From the NCBI GenBank assembly GCA_964604015.1, contig CAZRXF010000004.1:4861-68860 (forward strand): a DNA stretch of 64,000 nucleotides, given 5' to 3'. The notes below the pieces were generated by a model. The model saw only the letters and a list, made by a program, of their open reading frames with translations. It did not search any database and was not told where the DNA came from. Every line of letters starts with the position of its first letter. Positions within the stretch are counted from its first letter, which is position 1. The position numbers were made by a program, and so were the translations under genes. The stretch is from an uncultured Pseudomonadota bacterium. Its GTDB lineage: Bacteria; Babelota; Babeliae; Babelales; CAIQNR01. Shown here piece by piece: positions 54,568 to 62,388 of the stretch.

Positions 54568-54912
54568 ATGAAAAGATATGTTTTTGTAGTGGGTATCGGT
54601 TTGATATCGTCATCTGAAGTTTTTACGATGGACCTGAAAAAAGCACTAGAAGAGCAAAATAAAGATAACTCACCAGTACGTTCGCTTGCAGTGTTAATAG
54701 CAGCAGATCAGCGGCCTACAGATCCTACTCCTGGGCAACAACGGTCAGTTGGGCGGGCAACTTTTATGAGTGCTCAACCTCCGCAACAGGGTCTTGGAGC
54801 TCGAATTAGAAGCTTTTTCAGAGGCGCAGTTCTGAGTACAACGCAAGAGCAAGTCGTAACCGGAAAAAGACAAGGACCTGATAGGGACGATGAGGATAAC
54901 GATCTTTTATAA
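54568..54912 (+). CDS. Small hypothetical secreted protein
   Basis: The ATG at 54568 follows GGGGGA. N-terminus MKRYVFVVGIGLISSSEVF, with a disordered Q/R/P-rich remainder. Confidence 0.5.
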   Translation: MKRYVFVVGIGLISSSEVFTMDLKKALEEQNKDNSPVRSLAVLIAADQRPTDPTPGQQRSVGRATFMSAQPPQQGLGARIRSFFRGAVLSTTQEQVVTGKRQGPDRDDEDNDLL

Positions 54913-55263
54913 AGCAGCTGGGTGAAAAACAGCTAGGAAACAGGTAAATGGGATTCTTGGATTGTCATTTTCTGACCAACCTTTTTGCATGGTGGGTTCT
55001 TTTCAACCAACACAAAAATAAAGAAAAAGAATAAACCATACGCGACGGCTGAAGACAGCCACTGTTTCTGACATCTTCTCATGTGAAAGCTTTCCACTAA
55101 TTTCTAGATTTCCCTTTTCCTGCCCCAGGTTCTTTTTTCGAGACTTTTCCCCAGGAGCAGAGACTTTCAAGTATCCCGTTAAAGGCCTATTTTGTCAAAA
55201 AACACTCCATTCTTGTGGTGTAAGGGGAAGGTAACAGGTGAACACTTCCCCCCTGTATTCTAC

Positions 55264-56760
55264 TTATTCCTTTACTTCTTTCAGGCTTAATTTCTGGCCT
55301 ATGGCATACGTATTTTTAAGGAAGGCAAGCTGGTCTTTATGGGTAATCATTTTAGGATTTGCTTTTTTGCCTGCATTAAGAAGGTCAATGAGTGTTACGG
55401 TGTTTTGAAGGACATAATCTTGGGCAAGGAGTTCTTTGCGTTTTTCCTTCCACGGAATATCGTCATCCTTCTCTTTTTTTGATTTTTTTGGAGAAGCATT
55501 ATCATCGGCTCCATGAGGTTTGATCGTTCGTTTAAGAACTACTTCTCGTCCAAAATGGTGAGTCATCCAGCGGGCTGTTTCACTTGGTGGGGTGTACTGT
55601 TCAATGACAATGTCAGGGGTAATTCCTTTTCCTTGGACGCAGGTATCGTAGGGAAGGTAATAGAGAGAGGTGGTCATTTTGAGTGCACATTCGCCGCTCA
55701 GAGGAATGACTTCTTGTACGGAGCCTTTACCAAACGTTTCCGTTCCCACCACAAACACCTGAAGGTTGTCTTTCGGTTTTAGTTTTTCAGAATACAGTTT
55801 TAATGTCCCTGAAAGGATTTCTGCAGAAGATGCGGTGTAATTATTAACGATAAAGAAAATCGGAACCCCCTCTTTGCGTGGCAATGGTTTGCGTGTGGTT
55901 TTCCATGATTCGATGACTTTGTTGTCTCGATTTTTGGTGGTAGCAACCAATGATCCTTTTGGTAGGAACAGGCCAGCAATATCAAGTGCAGCTTCAAACA
56001 GGCCACCGGTGTTGTTTCGTAAATCTATGATGATCCCGTGACTTTCCTTTTTATATGCTTCTTCTAGTACTGCTTGCACGTGCTTGATCGATTTTTCACT
56101 GAACACAGAAAGCAGCAGGTAGTAGATATCATGCTCCTGAATATAGAACATGGCAGAAATTTCATCGTTGATGACGTCTCGAATAACAACAAATTCAAGA
56201 GGATCAGTATGATTTGCGCGCATGATTTTGAGGGTGACTTTGGTTCCCTTTTCACCTTTCAAGTGGGACATGACTTCTTCAAGTTTCATGCCCTTTACTA
56301 CGTGATCATCGATTTGAATGATTTTGTCTCCCGCCTTAAGGCCGGCCTTTTCTGCAGGGCCGTTAGGTACCAACTCGATGACCGGCACCACTTCATCTTC
56401 TGGATCTTTATCACCCGGCATCAATGCACCTACGCCATAGAAATGGCCACTGATCTTAGTAAAAAGTTCTTCACATTCTTTCGAGCCAAGAAATACCGAA
56501 TGAGGGTCAAGACGAGAAAGGGCCCTGCACGCTTCTTCCATTCTTTCTTTTGTTTCTTCTTTGCTAGGTTTTTTATAATAACGTGCTTGTGGTCCGTACA
56601 TGAGTGCGACTGTTTCGTTAAACGGGTGAGAAGATTCAAGAAGTTGCTGCTCCGCAGGAGAAAGAGTGGTTTGTAAAACGCGGTTATGTCCCAACAGGGC
56701 TGGTGTGATGCAGGTGAAAATCAGGAGAAAAAAACGGGAAAAAGAGAAGCGTTGTTTCAT
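55264..56760 (-). CDS. ctpA: Carboxy-terminal processing protease (S41, PDZ-containing)
   Basis: Signal peptide, PDZ region GPAEKAGLKAGDKIIQID, catalytic-Ser context NNYTASSAEILSGTLK and Lys context TFGKGSVQ. Confidence 0.88.
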   Translation of the reverse strand: MKQRFSFSRFFLLIFTCITPALLGHNRVLQTTLSPAEQQLLESSHPFNETVALMYGPQARYYKKPSKEETKERMEEACRALSRLDPHSVFLGSKECEELFTKISGHFYGVGALMPGDKDPEDEVVPVIELVPNGPAEKAGLKAGDKIIQIDDHVVKGMKLEEVMSHLKGEKGTKVTLKIMRANHTDPLEFVVIRDVINDEISAMFYIQEHDIYYLLLSVFSEKSIKHVQAVLEEAYKKESHGIIIDLRNNTGGLFEAALDIAGLFLPKGSLVATTKNRDNKVIESWKTTRKPLPRKEGVPIFFIVNNYTASSAEILSGTLKLYSEKLKPKDNLQVFVVGTETFGKGSVQEVIPLSGECALKMTTSLYYLPYDTCVQGKGITPDIVIEQYTPPSETARWMTHHFGREVVLKRTIKPHGADDNASPKKSKKEKDDDIPWKEKRKELLAQDYVLQNTVTLIDLLNAGKKANPKMITHKDQLAFLKNTYAIGQKLSLKEVKE

Positions 56761-56847
56761 GGCCTAGATCCTTCTTGTAGTGAGTGAAAACGGCTTTCAA
56801 ACTACTCTTTTGCTCCTGCGGCTGTGAAGGTTTTAAAAAGGAGATGC

Positions 56848-57132
56848 ATGATGTCAGGACATAAAAAGATAGGGTTACGGGTATTTTTTATCGTAGAACT
56901 CGTTGTTTTTGTTGCCTTGTACGTGGGAGGTCCAGAAGGAATGCGATGGATTGCAAAAAAACGGGAGGAAAACAAACAGCTTGCTTTGAAAACGGAAAAT
57001 CTTTCGTTCAACATTAAAAAACTTGAAGCAGAAATTCAAAAATGGGAACATAATCATTTCTATCAAGAAAAAGTAGCCCGTGAACAATTACAGATGGCCC
57101 GTCCGACAGACGAGGTCTATCGCACCACCTAA
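56848..57132 (+). CDS. ftsB: Septum formation initiator FtsB/DivIC family
   Basis: The ATG at 56848 follows AAGGAG. TM helix LRVFFIVELVVFVALYV, a coiled coil, and YQEKVAREQLQMARPTDEVY. Confidence 0.8.
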   Translation: MMSGHKKIGLRVFFIVELVVFVALYVGGPEGMRWIAKKREENKQLALKTENLSFNIKKLEAEIQKWEHNHFYQEKVAREQLQMARPTDEVYRTT

Positions 57133-57158
57133 CTCGATACCAGACTAAAGGAGTTTTT

Positions 57159-57776
57159 ATGTCAGGTCCTTACACTCTTTCCCCGCTTCCTTACGCCTAC
57201 GGCGCGCTTGAACCGTATATCGAAGCACAAATTATGGAATTACATCACAGTAAACACCAGCAAGCGTATGTTGACGGTCTTAATGCAGCATTGGAAAAAC
57301 ACCCTGAACTTTTTGAAAAACCACTTGTTGAACTTCTTACCAATCTTGATGAGGTTCCTGCTGATATTCAGACAGCGGTGCGAAATCATGGGGGCGGTGT
57401 CCATAACCATACGTTCTTCTGGCACGTCATGAATATCAAAGGTGGGGGAGAGCCGGTAGGAAAATCGGGAGAGGCAATCAAGGATGTGTTCGGAAGTTTC
57501 GATCTTTTTAAAGAGCAGTTTAACACTACTGCAAAAAACAGGTTTGGCAGTGGTTGGGCGTGGCTTTCACTTGATAAAAGTGGAACGTTGGTTGTTTCAT
57601 CGACCGCTAACCAAGATAGCCCGCTTTCAGGGGGCCTTATCCCGATTTTAGGGTTGGATGTCTGGGAACACGCTTATTACCTCCAGTACTTCAATCGCCG
57701 CGTTGACTACATTTCTGCCTGGTGGAATATCGTCAACTGGGAGTATGTTGAGGAGCAGTATACGACCCTTCTGTAA
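57159..57776 (+). CDS. sodA: Fe/Mn-type superoxide dismutase
   Basis: LPYAYGALEPYI, ELHHSKHQQAYV, NHGGGVHNHTFFW and DVWEHAYYLQY. Confidence 0.93.
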   Translation: MSGPYTLSPLPYAYGALEPYIEAQIMELHHSKHQQAYVDGLNAALEKHPELFEKPLVELLTNLDEVPADIQTAVRNHGGGVHNHTFFWHVMNIKGGGEPVGKSGEAIKDVFGSFDLFKEQFNTTAKNRFGSGWAWLSLDKSGTLVVSSTANQDSPLSGGLIPILGLDVWEHAYYLQYFNRRVDYISAWWNIVNWEYVEEQYTTLL

Positions 57777-57865
57777 AGGGACGGTACCTGGTAGAAAAAT
57801 GATGCGATATCGCTATACTTGAAAAGAAACAAATAAAGCCACCTGATCGACAAAAAGGACCTGTC

Positions 57866-59374
57866 ATGACAAAAGAAAAAGCTCCTGATGCAGCACTGCA
57901 TCACTCCCATGCTGAATCACAAGAACACCTCGTTCGCGTAGAAAAGGTAAAAAAACTGCGCGAAATGGGAATTGAGCCATGGCCTGAAAGTAAACAGGTT
58001 ACTGGTACGTGCCATGAAGTCGTGGAGCAATTTGAGCGTGACGAAGAAAAGGAATATGCCGTTGCTGGACGCTTAGTAGCATTACGCGGTCACGGTAAGA
58101 CTATGTTTGGTAAGCTGCAAGATCGGTCAGGGACAGTGCAGCTTTATTTCAAACAAGACACGCTGGGCGATGAGGCTTTTAGCTTGCTTGAAAAGTTTGT
58201 AGATCTTGGAGATTTGCTTTGGGTTCGTGGTGTTTCTTTCAAAACAAAAACAGGTGAAGTCACGCTTCGTGTTGATGAGTTGACGCTGCTTGCTAAATGT
58301 TTGCATCCGCTGCCTGAAAAATTTCACGGGCTTACTGATATCGAAACTCGCTACCGTCAGCGCTACCTCGATCTGATTACCGATGAGGAAAGCAGGACTC
58401 GCTTTATTGCGCGATCAAAAATTATCAGTGGCATTCGTCACTATCTTGAAGATCATGGGTTTATGGAAGTGGAAACACCGATGCTCCATCCCATTCCTGG
58501 AGGTGCTGCAGCTCGTCCTTTTGTGACGCATCACAATGCACTCAATTCTGAATTTTTCCTTAGAATTGCTCCTGAATTGTACCTAAAACGTTTGGTCGTT
58601 GGTGGTTTTGAACGGGTGTATGAAATCAATAGAAACTTTAGAAATGAAGGAGTTTCTACTCGTCATAATCCAGAGTTTACGATGCTTGAGTTCTATCTTG
58701 CGCATCATGATTACAACTACATCATGGACTTTGTTGAGCAGATGTTGCGTACCGTTGCTTTGCAAGCGCGTGGTACTACACAACTTTCGTTCCATGGTCA
58801 TGCCATTGATTTTTCAAAACCGTTTTCTCGTTTGAGCGTTAAAGACGCCGTGTTACAGTACGGTAAACTGACTGAAGCGGCCATTGCACCTGATGCCATC
58901 GATAAAGAACTGGCAAAGCATGGCATTGAATTGAAAGTAAAAGACACTTCCTATGCACAGAAACTGTTCTTGTTGTTTGAGGAAGTGGCAGAAAAGCAGC
59001 TGATTCAGCCAACATACATTATCGATTATCCTGTTGAAATTTCTCCTCTTGCAAAGAGTGATGCACAAAAACCGGGATTTGTTGCGCGTTTTGAACTCTT
59101 TATTGGTGGTATGGAATTTGCAAATGCCTTTAACGAATTGAATGATCCATTTGATCAGGAACAACGGTTCAGAGAACAAGCAGCAACACATAAGGCGGGC
59201 GATGATGAAGCTCATCGTTATGATGCTGAATATGTGCAAGCGCTGCAATACGGTCTCTTTCCAACCGTTGGGTGTGGTATCGGAATCGATCGTTTAGTAA
59301 TGCTTATGACTGATGCTCCATCAATCAAAGATGTGATTCTTTTCCCTACTCTTAAAAAGAAAGAACTGGCGTAG
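57866..59374 (+). CDS. lysS: Lysine--tRNA ligase (class II)
   Basis: OB-fold N-domain, motif 2 FRNEGVSTRHNPEFTMLEFY, and motif 3 GCGIGIDRLVMLMTD. Confidence 0.95.
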   Translation: MTKEKAPDAALHHSHAESQEHLVRVEKVKKLREMGIEPWPESKQVTGTCHEVVEQFERDEEKEYAVAGRLVALRGHGKTMFGKLQDRSGTVQLYFKQDTLGDEAFSLLEKFVDLGDLLWVRGVSFKTKTGEVTLRVDELTLLAKCLHPLPEKFHGLTDIETRYRQRYLDLITDEESRTRFIARSKIISGIRHYLEDHGFMEVETPMLHPIPGGAAARPFVTHHNALNSEFFLRIAPELYLKRLVVGGFERVYEINRNFRNEGVSTRHNPEFTMLEFYLAHHDYNYIMDFVEQMLRTVALQARGTTQLSFHGHAIDFSKPFSRLSVKDAVLQYGKLTEAAIAPDAIDKELAKHGIELKVKDTSYAQKLFLLFEEVAEKQLIQPTYIIDYPVEISPLAKSDAQKPGFVARFELFIGGMEFANAFNELNDPFDQEQRFREQAATHKAGDDEAHRYDAEYVQALQYGLFPTVGCGIGIDRLVMLMTDAPSIKDVILFPTLKKKELA

Positions 59375-59977
59375 GAGTGTAGCGCCACCTTCGCCGTTGC
59401 GACTTTGTCGCTAAGGCGTAATCACGCCGTAGCCTTGGCGAAGGCGGACCTTACTGTAGCCCTTCTCTTCTTTTACTTTCAGCTTTCTTCTGAACAAGAC
59501 GTATGTGTGCCCTTACGCAGGGCATGCGTAAAAGGGGTGCTTGCCCACCCCTTTTAAAACAGGGCACCAGCCGTTCCTCTGGACCCCCATGACGGCAACG
59601 ACGTTTCGCCGCATCCTTCGGGGGACGGCTCACGGCTCTGCCTGATATGGACCTTTATTAAATTAAATTTAGTCACTCCTTATTAGGCGGAACTGAGTTG
59701 TCGACCGATAGGGCGCAACGAGGATTGGAGCCGTAAAAGCAATCAATCCGCAGGATTGTGTCCTGATTCCAAAGGGGTAGACAAGTACCCCTTTGGTGCT
59801 GCGCGCAGAGCGCATACATACTTCTTGAACTTAAGGCATACTTTGTGGGCCCTCACAAAAAAGGACCGCTTTGGCGCCCTTTCCCGGCGTAAGGGGGTAC
59901 AGATGTCGTGTTCCCACGAGAAAGAGAAAAAGGTCAAAATAAAAAGTAGGGGATTGAGAAGTGGTGGCGCTACACCA
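59375..59977. repeat. Intergenic hairpin-mosaic repeat element, copy 2 (both termini present)
   Basis: Inverted termini GTGTAGCGCCACC (59377-59389) and GGTGGCGCTACAC (59963-59975). A well-conserved arm (59682-59830) is homologous to 39255-39410, and a degenerate inverted arm lies at 59471-59646. A private three-way-junction insert sits at 59385-59447. Confidence 0.8.
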
Positions 59978-60045
59978 GTCTCTAGACCTTTCCCTTTCTA
60001 GAACGGTATAACGAACAGAAATTGTTCTTAGAAAAAGGAAGAGGA

Positions 60046-62235
60046 ATGGGAAAAAAATCGTATCTTTTATATCTTTTTTTGTTGATTCCAGTAGGAGCTC
60101 GGGCAGACGTTAATGATAATCTCAGTTATCTCGTCTCTCAGTACGGCATACAGTATCTCTTTCCGTACTATTACTTTGATATCAACTCTGCGGCAGCTGC
60201 TTTGCGTGGTTCCATGCGTGCGGCATGGACGGTGAAAGGTTGGGTAGGGCTTGGTAGTTTTAGTGATCTTCAGAATGCGTATCTCTACCCACCAGATGGT
60301 GCTGTTCCTGCGGATGTTCGTGCGAAATTACAGGAATTCAATCAGCACGTTGTTGCAACGTCAGAAGTCCCGGAATTTGTAGCCGAACACCCCTTGCGTC
60401 GTGACACTGATCTAGGAAATTTTGAAAAAGAATTCATTACAAATCGATTGAATTATGCAGCGCCTCTCTTTCAGATGGCGGATGAGGATCATCCTTTTGT
60501 AGATCCTGACACAAACCTTACGAAAAACCCAACTCCGTATGGGTACGCGCTTGATGTGCCTTTAGTTGCAGGGGCAGATGTTCCTCGGATTGCCACCTGC
60601 TTTAGTGGAGGAGGATTCAGGGCAATGATTGCAACACTTGGTTTTTGGCAGGCGGTAAGTGACATGGGCATAGCAGGTTCCATTCTGTATAGTGCGAATC
60701 TTTCAGGGTCTACCTGGTGTACCATTCCTTGGACGGTGGGAGCATCATTGCGTGATTTGTATGTGACCTATGAAAAATATGCACACATTTCTGTTGGGGT
60801 AGCGACTTTGAATGATCTGCGTAAATACGTGGTTCCTCCTATGAGCGTAAATGGTGATCTGGGGTATGTGCGTAAAAAATTTGTGAGTGCGTTTTTATGG
60901 GCACAGCCACTTAGTTCGGTGCGTGGACTTTACAGTCCGTTGCTTGGTCAGATGACCCTTTCTGCGTGGGATGATGATCTTTTACGTCAGGCCTATGATA
61001 TTACGCTTCCAAAGCAGTCTTCGCAGTACCTCTATTTTTGGCAGGCAATGGATTTCATTAAAGATGGGACGAAGCGTCCTTTCCCCATTGCAACCTCTTT
61101 GATCCCCTACGCGGGCAATTTCAATGAAGTTGCTTCAAAAATTGCTGTGAAACAGAAATCTTCCAATGGTATTTGGATGGAATTTAATCCTGAATCGGTA
61201 GGATTTGAATATTTCGATAAGAACAAAGACCTGACAGGGGTATGGATTCCTTCGTTTGCCTTGGGAAGATTCTTTAATCCCGTGTACAAAGAACCTTCTC
61301 GGTGGTATCGCATTTTCACAAATAAAACAGTGTTAGGGTATGCCAGTGATCCGGCTCCAGTACACACGTTAGACTATTGGGAAGGAACCTGGGGATCAGC
61401 ATTTACCGTGTCCCCGGCAGATGTGTATCGGATCTTTTTTAAAGAGGTTCCGCCTTCTGAAGATCAAAGTTCAACAGGACTTTCGAGCAGTACTACATTG
61501 ACAGAACGGGTTATTGGGTTACTTGGTAGTGCAGTTGGGGGAGCTGCAACGCTTGGTAAAGAAGTTGCAGCGCTTAGTAATATGAATAATATACGTCTCT
61601 TTCCTGCGTACTTTAATAATTTTGCACCATTTGATGATTCGCCTATTCAAGCTGCTACATTTACGGCCGTTGATGCGGGAATTGATTTTAACCTTCCCTT
61701 TCCTCCTCTTCTTCGCCAATCTCGCGGTGTTGATTTGATTATTGTGGGAGATTGGTCTGAAGCAACGCCTGCCTACCCTGCAAAGCAACTATGTCTAGCA
61801 GAAAAGTGGGCCCAAACGCGGGGAGTTCCATTCCCAAAAATTCTTACTTCAAAGTTTTACAAAACGATCTATGACCGACCTATGACATTGTTTAATGAAT
61901 ACGAAGAAGGTACAAGAGGACCTGCAATTTTGTATATTCCGTTGATCGACAATGAGTTCAACGTTCCTGATTTTAATTTGAATGGCTGTTTTAATGGCTC
62001 TTGTTCAACATTCAACTTTGATTATTCAAAAAAGGGACGTGATGGAGTGAAAGACCTTTCAGAAGAGGTGTACAATATCTTATGGGATCTGTATCCGCAG
62101 ATGAGGCAAGTAGTTCAGCAGATGGTGGTGGCAAAGAATGAGGCCGCTCAGAATCATACGCCCTACCAATTTTCTATGACAATGGCAGATGTCGATCCGA
62201 TTGCACCACAGGCTGCAATTCAAGCTGGTGCGTAG
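60046..62235 (+). CDS. Secreted cytosolic-PLA2/phospholipase-B-type lipase (PLA2_B/PLAc catalytic domain)
   Basis: The ATG at 60046 follows AAGGAAGAGGA. Signal MGKKSYLLYLFLLIPVGARA. Contains FSGGGFRAM (60604-60627), the nucleophile elbow NLSGSTW (~60697-60717) and VDAGIDFNLPFPPLLRQSRGVDLII (Asp codon 61672-61674). This is the GGGFR / G-x-S-G-S / D-x-G-x-x-F-N-L-P pattern of eukaryotic cPLA2. Confidence 0.85.
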   Translation: MGKKSYLLYLFLLIPVGARADVNDNLSYLVSQYGIQYLFPYYYFDINSAAAALRGSMRAAWTVKGWVGLGSFSDLQNAYLYPPDGAVPADVRAKLQEFNQHVVATSEVPEFVAEHPLRRDTDLGNFEKEFITNRLNYAAPLFQMADEDHPFVDPDTNLTKNPTPYGYALDVPLVAGADVPRIATCFSGGGFRAMIATLGFWQAVSDMGIAGSILYSANLSGSTWCTIPWTVGASLRDLYVTYEKYAHISVGVATLNDLRKYVVPPMSVNGDLGYVRKKFVSAFLWAQPLSSVRGLYSPLLGQMTLSAWDDDLLRQAYDITLPKQSSQYLYFWQAMDFIKDGTKRPFPIATSLIPYAGNFNEVASKIAVKQKSSNGIWMEFNPESVGFEYFDKNKDLTGVWIPSFALGRFFNPVYKEPSRWYRIFTNKTVLGYASDPAPVHTLDYWEGTWGSAFTVSPADVYRIFFKEVPPSEDQSSTGLSSSTTLTERVIGLLGSAVGGAATLGKEVAALSNMNNIRLFPAYFNNFAPFDDSPIQAATFTAVDAGIDFNLPFPPLLRQSRGVDLIIVGDWSEATPAYPAKQLCLAEKWAQTRGVPFPKILTSKFYKTIYDRPMTLFNEYEEGTRGPAILYIPLIDNEFNVPDFNLNGCFNGSCSTFNFDYSKKGRDGVKDLSEEVYNILWDLYPQMRQVVQQMVVAKNEAAQNHTPYQFSMTMADVDPIAPQAAIQAGA

Positions 62236-62361
62236 GGCGTGTCTACTTTAAAAAACGATAATCTTAGTAAAAAGTGAACTTGTATGTCTCCATTACGTCG
62301 CCCCCAACGAACAACGTGAGTGTTGGGGGTCCAGTAAATAAAAAAAACAAAATCATCATAT

Positions 62362-62388
62362 GAAAGGGGTAGGAGAGTACCCCTTTTT
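62362..62388 (+). terminator. Rho-independent terminator downstream of the phospholipase gene
   Basis: AAAGGGGTA-GGAGAG-TACCCCTTT followed by a T-run. A second hairpin CCCCCAAC...GTTGGGGG lies at 62301-62329. Confidence 0.6.

Noticed and set aside
56074-56676. 200-aa plus-strand ORF
   Set aside because: It is antisense to the well-supported S41 protease gene and has no motifs.
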